From Macrostomum lignano (Eukaryota): a stretch of 64,000 bases of DNA. The notes beneath the pieces were generated by a model. The model worked only from the letters and a program-made list of their open reading frames with translations, was not told the origin of the DNA and made no database searches. Shown piece after piece: positions 36,685 to 47,526 of the stretch; position 1 is the stretch's first letter; the number at the start of each line of letters is the position of its first letter. The translations under genes were made by a program, and so were the position numbers. The stretch is from positions 1 to 64,000 of the forward strand of contig NIVC01002381.1 of NCBI GenBank assembly GCA_002269645.1, written 5' to 3'.

Positions 36685-37314
36685 ATGTCGAACTCGGCGC
36701 ACCGGCGGCCGCTGATCGTGTCTCATCTGGGCAGCTTCTACGAGCCGGCCGAGCAGCTGCCGACCAACTGCGGCCAATTCGAGCCGTTGAAGTCGGCGGA
36801 GTCCGAGCGGCTGCTGCCAGCGCCGGTGCGCCACGGCGCCAGTGGCGGCTGTCGATCGACGCGCCTGTGGCAGGCGATGCTCTGGTCCGGCGCCCTCCTG
36901 CTGCTGCTGGGCGCTGCCAGCCTTGTCGGGGTCCAGCTGGCACCCCGGCGGCCGGCGCTGGTCGAGACGCCCAGCAGCGAAGGCGACCGACACGGCGTCA
37001 TCGGGCTCCGGCGCCGGCCGGAGAACGCCGAGTGGAATCGCCGCCTGGAGCTCGCCGGCTACGCTGCCCTCGGAGTCTTTGGTCTCGGCGGCCTGCTGAC
37101 CGCGGCCGGCCTCCTGCTGCCCTCCGTCACCGCCTGGCACCGCGTCGGCGAGACCGAAGACACCGCCGCGGTCAACGAGCTGCCCGGTGGCCTCACGGTG
37201 GCTGACGGGGCTGCGGCGGCTCCGCTGGCTCTCGGGCCCGCCACGCCGACGACGCTGCAGCCGCAGAGACAGTCGGAGGGCAGCGTCAGGAACGGGGCAG
37301 TGCGCTGGCGATGA
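36685..37314 (+). CDS. Intronless two-TM membrane protein, neurensin-like (209 aa)
   Basis: IVSHLGSFYE resembles the neurensin VRSYLHQFYE motif; TM1 is followed by APRR; EWNRRLELAGYAALGVFGLGG resembles FNSALD..KLAGAVLFCIGG; GC-rich coding-like composition. Confidence 0.62.
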   Translation: MSNSAHRRPLIVSHLGSFYEPAEQLPTNCGQFEPLKSAESERLLPAPVRHGASGGCRSTRLWQAMLWSGALLLLLGAASLVGVQLAPRRPALVETPSSEGDRHGVIGLRRRPENAEWNRRLELAGYAALGVFGLGGLLTAAGLLLPSVTAWHRVGETEDTAAVNELPGGLTVADGAAAAPLALGPATPTTLQPQRQSEGSVRNGAVRWR

Positions 37315-37384
37315 GGCTGGGGCTCTGGGGACCTCAAATATTCATTTTAGTGACCATTGCACAGTAGTTTCAGCTGCAGGCATA

Positions 37385-38080
37385 GAGCGGATTGCTAATC
37401 TAGCCTATCATGGGTGCAGGAATAGAATGGATTGCTAATCTAGCCTATCATGGATGCAGAAATAGAATGGATTGCTAATCTAGCCTATCATGGGTGCAGG
37501 AATAGAATGGATTGCTAATCTAGCCTATCATGGATGCAGGAATAGAATGGATTGCTAATCTAGCCTATCATGGGTGCAGGAATAGAATGGATTGCTAATC
37601 TAGCCTATCATGGATGCAGGAATAGAATGGATTGCTAATCTAGCCTATCATGGGTGCAGGAATAGAATGGATTGCTAATCTAGCCTATCATGGGTGCAGG
37701 AATAGAATGGATTGCTAATCTAGCCTATCATGGGTGCAGGAATAGAATGGATTGCTAATCTAGCCTATCATGGATGCAGGAATAGAATGGATTGCTAATC
37801 TAGCCTATCATGGGTGCAGGGATAGAATGGATTGCTAATCTAGCCTATCATGGATGCAGAAATAGAATGGATTGCTAATCTAGCCTATCATGGGTGCAGG
37901 AATAGAATGGATTGCTAATCTAGCCTATCATGGATGCAGAAAAGAGCGGATTGCTAATCTAGCCTATCATGGATGCAGGAATAGAGCGGATTGCTAATCT
38001 AGCCTATCATGGGTGCAGGAATAGAATGGATTGCTAATCTAGCCTATCATGGGTGCAGGAATAGAATGGATTGCTAATCT
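37385..38080 (+). repeat. 40-bp satellite array 4 (~17 units)
   Basis: Same unit and orientation as array 1. Confidence 0.96.
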
Positions 38081-38411
38081 ATGGATTGCTACGAGGCAAT
38101 TCAGTTGGTATAACACAAGAATAGCTGCATGTATTCAAAAGACTTTAAATTTTCTTTGCGATGTATGTTTCTGCCGTTTTGCAGCTCATTTGTCTGTTAT
38201 AATTTTTGAACCACTAATTTGGGTCCTTTTTCTTGCTGTGTGTTTGTCTAAATATAAAATTCTTTCAGCGCCACTGTAAGTAGCACTCGTAGGTTATTTA
38301 ACTGTTTAAAAGCCAGTTGCAGGATATTAAATGTTAATCATTTTTTGAATGGCGACCTTGGTAATAAAACTCCAAATCCCCGGAAACACTGTGTGAATCC
38401 GAATTAATACC

Positions 38412-39038
38412 TTTGTGAATGCCAGAGACCACTGTCTGAGTCCCAGTGAATGTTAGAGAGCACTGTCTGAGTCCCAGTGAATGCTGAATGCTGTGTGAAT
38501 GCCAGAGAGCACTGTCTGAGTCCCAGTGAATGCTGTGTGAATGCCAGAGAGCAGTATCTGAGTCCCAGTGAATGCTGTGTGAATGCCAGAGAGCAGTATC
38601 TGAGTCCAGTGAATGCTGTGTGAATGCCAGAGAGCACTGTCTGAGTCCCAGTGAATGCTGTGTGAATGCCAAAGAGCACTGTCTGAGTCCCAGTGAATGC
38701 TGTGTGAATGCCAGAGAGTAGTATCTGAGTCCCAGTGAATGCTGTGTGAATGCCAGAGAGCACTGTCTGAGTCCCAGTGAATGCTGTGTGAATGCCAGAG
38801 AGCACTGTCTGAGTCCCAGTGAATGCTGTGTGAATGCCAGAGAGCACTGTCTGAGTCCCAGTGAATGCTGTGTGAATGCCAGAGAGCAGTATCTGAGTCC
38901 CAGTGAATGCTGTGTGAATGCCAGAGAGCACTGTCTGAGCCCCAGTGAATGCTGTGTGAATGCCAGAGAGCAGTATCTGAGTCCCAGTGAATGCTGTGTG
39001 AATGCCAGAGAGCACTGTCTGAGTCCCAGTGAATGCTG
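38412..39038. repeat. 42-bp minisatellite (GAATGCCAGAGAGCACTGTCTGAGTCCCAGTGAATGCTGTGT)
   Basis: About 15 units. Confidence 0.94.
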
Positions 39039-39499
39039 TAAATAGCTGTCCAGCTCAGAGTGGCTCAGTACATTGGGTTGGCAGCAGGCATAAATTGGCT
39101 GCCGCCAAAGCCCGCAGCCGGACTGTCCGGGCGCCGTCCCACTTTGGCCAGACGGAGCGCCGGCTCGAATTTCGTTCGCTTCGCTAAAAATTTGTGCAAA
39201 ATCCTAAATGTTGTCCTCCGCGTCATCGGGCTGCACCTCTCGGGAGCGCGGCGGGCCGTGCCAGGCATCGGGTGTCTTGTTCGCTGGTTTTTCTAGCGAG
39301 TTTGCAGGCAAGAGCGGAGCAAGACCTGCGTTTAGCAATGATTGATCTGACAGGCTGCGTGCTCAAGTGACTGATAACTGGCTTGACGGCACTGACAGCC
39401 TTTGGGGGCTGTGAATTTCATTTTGCCGAAAGTAGAATTGATGAGCTGCTATTAGAGAACAATGAATAGTAGACAGGATAAGATAGTAGACTGGGTAGA

Positions 39500-40026
39500 T
39501 AGTAGATTGGGTAGATGGTAGACTCGCAGGTAGGCAGTAGGCAGGTAGACAGGTAGGCAGTAGGCAGGTAGGCAGTAAGCAGGGAAGCAGGTAGGCAGTA
39601 AGCAGGGAAGCAGGTAGGCAGTAAGCAGGGAAGCAGGTAGGCAGTAAGCAGGGAAGCAGGTAGGCAGGTAGGCAGTAGGCAGGTAGACAGGTAGGCAGTA
39701 GGCAGGTAGGCAGTAGGCAGGTAGGCAGTAAGCAGGGAAGCAGGTAGGCAGTAGGCAATAAGCAGGGAAGCAGATAGGCAGGTAGGCAGTAAGCAGGGAA
39801 GCAGGTAGGCAGTAGGCAGTAAGCAGGGAAGCAGGTAGGCAGGTAGGCAGTAAGCAGGGAAGCAGGTAGGCAGGTAGGCAGTAAGCAGGGAAGCAGGTAG
39901 GCAGTAGGCAGTAAGCAGGGAAGCAGGTAGGCAGTAGGCAGGTAGGCAGGTAAGCAGGGAAGCAGGTAGGCAGGTAGGCAGTAGACAGGTAGGCAGTAGA
40001 CAGGTAGGCAGTAGACAGTAGGCAGG
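39500..40026. repeat. Compound short repeat built from GCAGGTAG, GCAGTAG and GCAGTAAGCAGGGAA modules
   Basis: Direct reading. Confidence 0.9.
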
Positions 40027-40639
40027 TGTTCAAAGAGACCTGCATGCCCCGCTAATTGAAAAGCAGCCAGCAGCAAAGCTCGGTCCGGGCTTTTCCGCTC
40101 TCCCACGCGAAAGCATCGAGTGGCAAATCCGCGCTGTGCGCCGGCGTCTTTGCCGAAATTGAAGTCTCCAATTTCTTAAAGTTGCTTTGCGTGCTGCCCA
40201 ACTCCAAGGCCGCTCCTCAAAGTCTCTGAGCAGCCTCGAAGCCTAAGGGTTGCCTTACAGTGCGCCTGCACTCTGCAGCTGGCGGAGACAGTAAGATAAA
40301 CAAAAATTTGAAAACTGAAATTTCTGACTTCAGCGGAGCAGCGCGTGGATCATCAGAAGGGCAGAGCGCGGTCAGGTGCATTTGGGGCTGGCGTGCACGG
40401 ATATTGGCTGGGGGTTACCATGCGATTCACACAGGTGATCGGGCCAACCCCAAGGCACAGAGCAGAGTGTACATGCGTAACGATTTGAAAGTCAGGGCCG
40501 CTGTACACCCGCTGTGAGCGCGTGTGCGAGTGCGCGCCTGCTTGCATGTGTCACTATGGATTTTATGAAGGGGGGACAAAGGCTAGAATTCTACATGACT
40601 AAATTCCTACATTATTTTGGGAATCGGTGTTGTTATCAC

Positions 40640-41940
40640 ATTTTGGCGCCGAAGGCAGGCACTCATTTTGGCGCCGCAGGCATTCATTTTGGCGCCGCAG
40701 GCACTCATTTTGGCGCCGCAGGCACTCATTTTGGCGCCGCAGGCACTCATTTTGGCGCCGCAGGCACTCATTTTGGCGCCGCAGGCACTCATTTTGGCGC
40801 CGCAGGCACTCATTTTGGCGCCACAGGCACTCATTTTGGCGCCACAGGCACTCATTTTGGCGCCGAAGGCAGGCACTCATTTTGGCGCCGCAGGCACTCA
40901 TTTTAGCGCCGCAGATCACAGGCACCCACTTTCGCGCCACAGGCACTCATTTTAGCGCCGCAGGCACTCATTTTAGCGCCGCAGACAGGCACTCATTTTA
41001 GCGCCGCAGACAGGCACTCATTTTGGCGCCGCAGGCACTCATTTTAGCGCCGCAGACAGGCACCCACTTTCGCGCCACAGGCACTCATTTTGGCGCCGCA
41101 GGCACTCATTTTGGCGCCGCAGGCACTCATTTTGGCGCCACAGGCACTCATTTTGGCGCCACAGGCACTCATTTTGGCGCCGAAGGCAGGCACTCATTTT
41201 GGCGCCGCAGGCACTCATTTTAGCGCCGCAGATCACAGGCACCCACTTTCGCGCCACAGGCACTCATTTTAGCGCCGCAGGCACTCATTTTAGCGCCGCA
41301 GACAGGCACTCATTTTAGCGCCGCAGACAGGCACTCATTTTGGCGCCGCAGGCACTCATTTTAGCGCCGCAGACAGGCACCCACTTTCGCGCCACAGGCA
41401 CTCATTTTGGCGCCGCAGGCACTCATTTTCGCACCACAGGCACTCATTTTGGCGCCGCAGGCACTCATTTTAGCGCCGCAGATCACAGGCACCCACTTTC
41501 GCGCCACAGGCACTCATTTTGGCGCCGCAGGCACTCATTTTGGCGCCGCAGGCACTCATTTTAGCGCCGCAGATCACAGGCACCCACTTTCGCGCCACAG
41601 GCACTCATTTTGGCGCCGCAGGCACTCATTTTAGCGCCGCAGACAGGCACCCACTTTCGCGCCACAGGCACTCATTTTAGCGCCACAGGCACTCATTTTC
41701 GCGCCACAGGCACTCATTTTCGCGCCACAGGCACTCATTTTGGCGCCGCAGGCACTCATTTTAGCGCCGCAGACAGGCACCCACTTTCGCGCCACAGGCA
41801 CTAATTTTCGCGCCACAGGCACTCATTTTCGCGCCACAGGCACACATTTTGGCGCCGCAGACAGGCACTCATTTTCGCGCCACAGGCACTCCTTTCGGCG
41901 CCACAGGCACTCATTTTGGCGCCACAGGCACTCATTTTGG
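40640..41940. repeat. 21-bp minisatellite (GGCACTCATTTTGGCGCCGCA) with higher-order block duplications
   Basis: The variant GATCACAGGCACCCACTTTCGCGCCAC recurs at ~40914, 41231, 41481 and 41571. Confidence 0.94.
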
Positions 41941-42429
41941 CCCCATAAGCAGACCTAGCAGGACACAAAAATTCTTAGATTTAGATCCACAGAAGAATGC
42001 ACAGGAAATAGAACAAGATTTTTTAATTTAATGCATTTTTCATTTCTCCTCTTTCCTAACTAAATGGAGCTCAGGGGCTCATTTAGAATTTGTTCGCCTG
42101 CAAATAATAAGTATATTAGCTGTAAAGTAAGAGGACAATGTAATTTTAGTGCTACATGACAGCAAGATGGGGGCATTGGGTCTAAGAAAATCAGGTTCGG
42201 CAGAGCGAATATTCAGTATGTCGGGAGAGGCCTCTGCTTTCATGTGCAGAATGCTGGCTAATAAATGCTACTGCAAACAAAAAACTGTCTTGGAAAAAAG
42301 ATTCAATTTTGCATGAAAAAAATAATTGTCATGACGGGTATACCACATTGGAAAAGATTTCAGTTTTTATCAAAAAATGAGTCATTCTAAGACTTAAAGT
42401 GCACAGGGCTTTGCTTTGCTCTTTTCTTT

Positions 42430-42597
42430 TCAGTGGCTCAGCCAATCAGAGCGGGGCGGGGCAGCCAAGCGTCTCTCTCAGCCTGTCAGCCAATCAGAGC
42501 GGGGCGGGGCAGCCAAGCGTCTCTCTCTCAGCCTGTCAGCCAATCAGAGCGGGGCGGGGCAGCCAAGCGTCTCTCTCTCAGCCAGCCAGCCAATCAC
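42430..42597. repeat. 48-50 bp repeat (AGCCAATCAGAGCGGGGCGGGGCAGCCAAGCGTCTCTCTC) x3, abutting the TXNDC9 stop
   Basis: CCAATC occurs at ~42442, 42490, 42540 and 42590. Confidence 0.85.
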
Positions 42598-43331
42598 CAG
42601 TCGTCCTCATCGTCATCCGAGTCGTCATCCGCCTTGTCGCCACGGATCGTCTTGCCCGAAGGCTTCTTGCCGCTGGCACCTCCTTTGCCGCCTTTGCCGC
42701 CTTTGCCGCCTTTCCCGCCGCCAGCTCCGCCCTGCTGACGGCCGGCCGCCGAGTCCGGCGGGGTCTCCAGGTCGCCGCGATAGTCGATGACCTCCGAGCG
42801 GGCCAGACGCCACTCCAACATCTCTGTGGAGAAATTGTCGTGGCCGCCCAGATCGTCGAAGCCGACAATGTAGTCCTTGACTTTCTCGTCCTTGACGATG
42901 CACAAAGTCGGGATGACGCGGACGCCGAGGCGCCGGGTCAGGAAGGGCGCTTTCTCGACGCTGATTCGCACGAATTTGCACTCAATGTGGCGCGGCGCCA
43001 GCGCGGTGAGGTGGCGGTCAACAATGCCGCAGCGGAAGGTCGTGTCCCGGTAGAAGTGGCACACCAGCCGCTTGCTTCGCATGGACTCGTCAAAGAAGTC
43101 GCGCTCCTGTGTGAGCTCGGCCAGACTGCCGTGCCCGTTGGCCAGCCACTCGTCCCGCTGCTTGGCCTGTTCCTTCAGCTGGCGCAGCCGGCGCTCCCGC
43201 AGCCGCTCCAGGTCGTCCTCGTTGAGGTTCTCAAGACGCTCGATCTCGTTGTCGAGACGCTGCTCGATCATCTTGGCGGCGCGGACCATCTGGGTCTCCA
43301 ACACCTTCTCCAGCTGCGCGTTGCCCGTCAT
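42594..43331 (-). CDS. TXNDC9: Thioredoxin domain-containing protein 9 / phosducin-like 3, intronless, ~245 aa
   Basis: DLERLRERRL, GHGSLAEL, VCHFYRDTTFRCGIVDRHL, EKAPFLTRRLGVRVIPT, IVGFDDLGGHDNFSTEMLEWRL, and a KTIRG plus acidic tail. The second in-frame Met is taken as the start. Confidence 0.92.
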   Translation of the reverse strand: MTGNAQLEKVLETQMVRAAKMIEQRLDNEIERLENLNEDDLERLRERRLRQLKEQAKQRDEWLANGHGSLAELTQERDFFDESMRSKRLVCHFYRDTTFRCGIVDRHLTALAPRHIECKFVRISVEKAPFLTRRLGVRVIPTLCIVKDEKVKDYIVGFDDLGGHDNFSTEMLEWRLARSEVIDYRGDLETPPDSAAGRQQGGAGGGKGGKGGKGGKGGASGKKPSGKTIRGDKADDDSDDDEDDW

Positions 43332-43674
43332 TTTCTTCCAGTTTGCTTTTGGTTGGCGGCCGGGCTGTTGCTGGGGGATTGAGCTCGAGTGAGCAAGTTG
43401 GCTGAGCAAGTGCTCAGCTGCTGCCACATGCTGGCTTTGAGAGCACAAGCGCTGGCGCAGGATTGCGTCTATGGCCGGCCGCTGTTGCAAAAGTACATGC
43501 TGAACTGAGCTTCAAAAGGATGACTAACAGTAATTCCAAGGGTTTTCCCAATTTAACTGCCGCACGACTATAGAAAGAATTTTTGATAGATAAAATTGTA
43601 CTAATCCTCATTTATGACCCTTGATCAAATGATTCTAAGAATCTACTGGTACAATAAGATAGTCTTCAATGATA

Positions 43675-44412
43675 ACAAATGATCTCAGATGATCTCAAAT
43701 GGACTCATGCAGATGATCCCAGATGGACTCAGATGATCCCAGATGGACTCAGATTGATCCCAGATGGACTCAGATGATCCCAGATGGACTCAGATGATCC
43801 CAAATGGTCTCAGATAATTCCAAATGGACTCAGATGATCCCAAATGGTCTCAGATGATCCCAAATAGTCTCAGATAATCTCAAATGGTCTCAGAAGATCT
43901 GAGATGGACTCAGATGATCCCAAATGGACTCAGATGATCCCAAATGGACTCAGATGATCCCAAATGGTCTCAGATGATCCCAAATGGACTCAGATGATCT
44001 CAAATTGTCTTAGATGATCCCAGATGGACTCAGATGTTCCCAGATGGTCTCAGATGATCTCAAATGGACTCATGCAGATGATCCCAGATGGACTCAGATG
44101 ATCCCAAATGGTCTCAGATAATTCCAAATGGACTCAGATGATCCCAAATGGTCTCAGATGATCCCAAATGGTCTCAGATGATCCCAAATGGACTCAGATG
44201 ATCCCAAATTGTCTTAGATGATCCCAGATGGACTCAGATGTTCCCAGATGGTCTCAAATGATCTCAAATGGACTCATGCAGATGATTCCAGATGGACTCA
44301 GATGATCTCAAATGGTCTCAGATGATTTCAAATGGACTCAGATGATCCCAAATGGTCTCAGATGATCCCAAATGGTCTCAGATGATCCCAAATGGTCTCA
44401 GATGATCCCAAA
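43675..44412. repeat. 20-bp minisatellite (CAGATGATCCCAAATGGACT)
   Basis: About 35 units between TXNDC9 and SIDT. Confidence 0.94.
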
Positions 44413-44844
44413 CTGATCCAGAGTCATTCCAAAAGCGCACATGAAGAAATAGATTGCTTTTTCCTGTTGCTGATCGGCAAAAATAATATTCCAGCAAATA
44501 ATTTAATTTTTAATTGAAGTTCGGGCATTAATACGTTTTTTTCTACAATAAATACACATGTACCCGCTGAATCCAAACTGTGCACAGGGCGGTCTTTTAA
44601 ACACTTTGTGTTGACACGCAATATGTAGTATGAAGGAACAAAAAATTAAAATAATAAAATCGAAACAGTAAAACAAATATTAGCAGTGATTCTAAGGGGA
44701 ATTGGATATACAAAGGAAATTTTTAAGACTTCTTTTCTAAAAGCACGTGCGCTGCTATGGCTCAGGCTCTGGCTATGCTAGATTGCGTTGAATTAGAAAG
44801 CTGTCGGAATATGAGCTAACCCACGAGATTGGGGGGGGGGGGGC

Positions 44845-45309
44845 TACCAGGACAGTCAGGACACCCGGATGTGTGAGCATTTATGACAGTCAGATGTGTC
44901 AGCATTTATGACAGTCAGATGTGTGAGCATTCATGACAGTCAGATGTGTGAGCATTTATGACAGTCAGATGTGTCAGCATTTATGACAGTCAGATGTGTG
45001 ACTGTTCAGGACACCCGGATGTGTAACTATTCAGGACACCCGGATGTGTGAGCATTTATGACACCCGGATGTGTAACTATTCAGGACACCGGATGTGTGA
45101 GCATTCAGGACACCCGGATGTGTGAGCATTCAGGACACCCGGATGTGTGAGCATTCAAGACACACGGATGTGTAACTATTCAGGACACCCGGATGTGTGA
45201 CTGTTCAGGACACCCGGATGTGTGACTGTTCAGGACACCCGGATGTTTGACTGTTCAGGACACCCGGATGTGAGAGCACTCTGGACACCCGGATGCGTGT
45301 CAGGTCAGG
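44845..45309. repeat. ~22-28 bp minisatellite containing ACACCCGGATG, directly 3' of the SIDT stop
   Basis: The core matches the last codons of the SIDT CDS. Confidence 0.9.
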
Positions 45310-47526
45310 TCAAAACACCCGGATGCGGTCCCGCGGCACAGTCTCGAGGTCGTCGTCCACGGTGAGCAGCGCCATGAAGCCGAAGAACACGGCCGCCGAT
45401 GACAGGAAGTGCCAGACGTCGTGCACATCGTAGAAGCCGGCCAGCACACAGGCCTGGTTGCGCAGCCGCGATCCGGCCGCGCTGTCCTCCCAGTTGGCCG
45501 GCTGCTGCAGGTAGAAGCGGCCCGCGCCGGCCCAGGCCACCCCGGCCAGGGCCAGGTAGGCCAGAGGCGCCTTGGCCAGCCTCTCGCCTGAGCGCAGCTT
45601 CATCACCAAGTAGTAGAGAAAGTAGGCCAGCGAGTTGGCGGTGAGCACCCAAAGCAGGAAGCTGCCGAAGTCTCTCGGCCGGGCCAAGGCGCCGTAGAGC
45701 CCCAGGCCGAGGTTGGCAGCGTTGGCGACGGCCAGGAGGGCGGCGCGGGCGGGGGCGCGTGGCCAGCCGACGCAGCGCAGGCTGAGCAGCAGGCTCGCCC
45801 CGGTGAGGAGGCCGCAGAACAGGGCGTAGAAAGCGACGCTGCCGCCGCCATAGAAGACGCCAAGCAGGCCGGTGAGGATGACGATGGCCAGGGCCAGGTA
45901 GGCGGCGTGGGCGGGCGCGTTCGAGTCCGGGTGGCGGGCCTGGTAGAGGCACAGGGCGCACAGGCCGCAGAGCATGTACATGAAGGCCGTGTCGAACTGG
46001 AAATTGCTGTAGCTTGGGCAGACGTGATAGCAGGCCGACATGACGCCCTGCATGATGAGCGCCACCCCCATGGCGTAGTGGAGGCCGTGGTGCTGCGGCA
46101 GGCCCAGCGGAGGCTGCAGCGGAGTCCTACGCCCCGGCGGCCGGCGTCGCTGAAGGAGGTCGCGGCGCCAGACGAGCAGCAGGAACAGCAGCCCGAGCAG
46201 GCCGTAGCTGATGTTGGAGAAGACGCTGTTGAACGAAGAGATCGGGCCCAGCGGGTGCGAGCACTCGAAGTTGTAGAAGCAGATGTCCTCGTCCCCGCTG
46301 GTGTTGAGCACCCGCTGGTAGGTGAGCACAAGCTGCACCACCGGCAGGCAATAGAAGATAGAGATGATGATGAGGTACCAGCAGTACAGCCGGTACTTCT
46401 TCCGCAGCCGTCTGGACGGCTTTCTTGCCAGCTCGAGCACCGACGGCGGCGTCTGTGGTGAAGGAGGCGGCAGCGGCGAGTCCGACTGTGAAGGCAGCAC
46501 CGGTGGCGGCAACGGTGGTGGCGGTGGAGACTCCCTGAGCTTCCTTGAGCTGGCCAGGTGGCTGAGGGTGGACAGGGCCAAGGCTAGCAGGTAGCAAAGC
46601 ACGTAAAACAGCAGCGTCCACAGCACCGGCCAGCCGTACTGCTCGCTGTGCAGCGACGCCTGCACGTGCAACGTCAGCCGCTTCACCCGGCCCTGCTGGC
46701 GAGTTCCGCTGCCAGCTGGCGGCGACGCTGACGGAGACGCCGCCTCCACTTCGGCTTCCACGCCGCCGCGGCAGTTGGCGTCGTTCGGGTAGACCAGCAG
46801 CACCACGTTGAAGCGGTCGGGCGTCCCGACGGCTGGGTCTCCTCGTCCGATGCTGAGCACCGCTTTCCGGCTGGCCGTCTGCCGGACGCCCGAGAACTCG
46901 ACGTTCCGCGCCAGGTCGTTGGCCGGGCAGGCCGCCGCCTGGACCGCCAGCCGCATGCAGAGCGCGTCGTCCGACTGCACGCGCACCTGCACGCTGGTGA
47001 CGTTCGGCGGGTAGACGAACCTGAAGTACTGCGGCTGCGTGGGCGACACCTCCACTTGGACCGGGGAGTCCAGGCCCAGCCGGAAGTTGGGGACCAGCGT
47101 CGCGCTCAAGCTGAACCGGATCTGCCGCGGCCTCTGCGACGTCACCTCCACGAAGACGGTGTGGCTGCCCCGCCGGTGGACCGGGCACAGGGTGCGGGAC
47201 ACCACGCCGAAGCCGGCGTACTCCCCGGACATGGGCAGCCGCCAGGAGATCACCTCCCGCTGCTGCCTGGCCACCACCAGCAGCGGGAATTCGGAGTCCG
47301 CTTCGTCGCTTTCAACGGAGACTCGAACCGCCGCGTCGGCGCCTCCCGTCGAGCCGTCGTCGGGCGTGGCGTAGGTGAAGGCGAACACGCGCTCGACGCC
47401 TGCGCCGACTGAGCTGCGGTAGACGCGACCGAAGCTTGCCGTCTCGGCGGTCGATGCAGCGTTGGCCGCCTCTAGGAGCAGCAAGAGCAGCAGGTGGCGA
47501 GCCGCCATGCCTGACAGCAAAGCCAT
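45310..47526 (-). CDS. SID-1/SIDT (CHUP-1-like) transmembrane family protein, intronless, ~738 aa
   Basis: Signal peptide, beta-rich ectodomain, KKYRLYCWYLIIISIFYCLPVVQLV, GDEDICFYNFECSHP, SACYHVCPSYSNFQFDT, SRLRNQAC, and the terminal HDVWHFLSS...DDDL...RDRIRVF. Confidence 0.94.
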   Translation of the reverse strand: MALLSGMAARHLLLLLLLEAANAASTAETASFGRVYRSSVGAGVERVFAFTYATPDDGSTGGADAAVRVSVESDEADSEFPLLVVARQQREVISWRLPMSGEYAGFGVVSRTLCPVHRRGSHTVFVEVTSQRPRQIRFSLSATLVPNFRLGLDSPVQVEVSPTQPQYFRFVYPPNVTSVQVRVQSDDALCMRLAVQAAACPANDLARNVEFSGVRQTASRKAVLSIGRGDPAVGTPDRFNVVLLVYPNDANCRGGVEAEVEAASPSASPPAGSGTRQQGRVKRLTLHVQASLHSEQYGWPVLWTLLFYVLCYLLALALSTLSHLASSRKLRESPPPPPLPPPVLPSQSDSPLPPPSPQTPPSVLELARKPSRRLRKKYRLYCWYLIIISIFYCLPVVQLVLTYQRVLNTSGDEDICFYNFECSHPLGPISSFNSVFSNISYGLLGLLFLLLVWRRDLLQRRRPPGRRTPLQPPLGLPQHHGLHYAMGVALIMQGVMSACYHVCPSYSNFQFDTAFMYMLCGLCALCLYQARHPDSNAPAHAAYLALAIVILTGLLGVFYGGGSVAFYALFCGLLTGASLLLSLRCVGWPRAPARAALLAVANAANLGLGLYGALARPRDFGSFLLWVLTANSLAYFLYYLVMKLRSGERLAKAPLAYLALAGVAWAGAGRFYLQQPANWEDSAAGSRLRNQACVLAGFYDVHDVWHFLSSAAVFFGFMALLTVDDDLETVPRDRIRVF

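Noticed and set aside
43332-43490. 53-aa N-terminal extension of TXNDC9 from the upstream in-frame ATG
   Set aside because: No family similarity; the second Met matches the usual TXNDC9 start, so this is probably 5' UTR.
45305-47412. Overlapping alternative-frame and antisense ORFs over SIDT (and likewise over USP1, TXNDC9, ALDH6A1 and Gypsy pol)
   Set aside because: Shadow ORFs expected from high GC3 coding DNA; no recognisable motifs.
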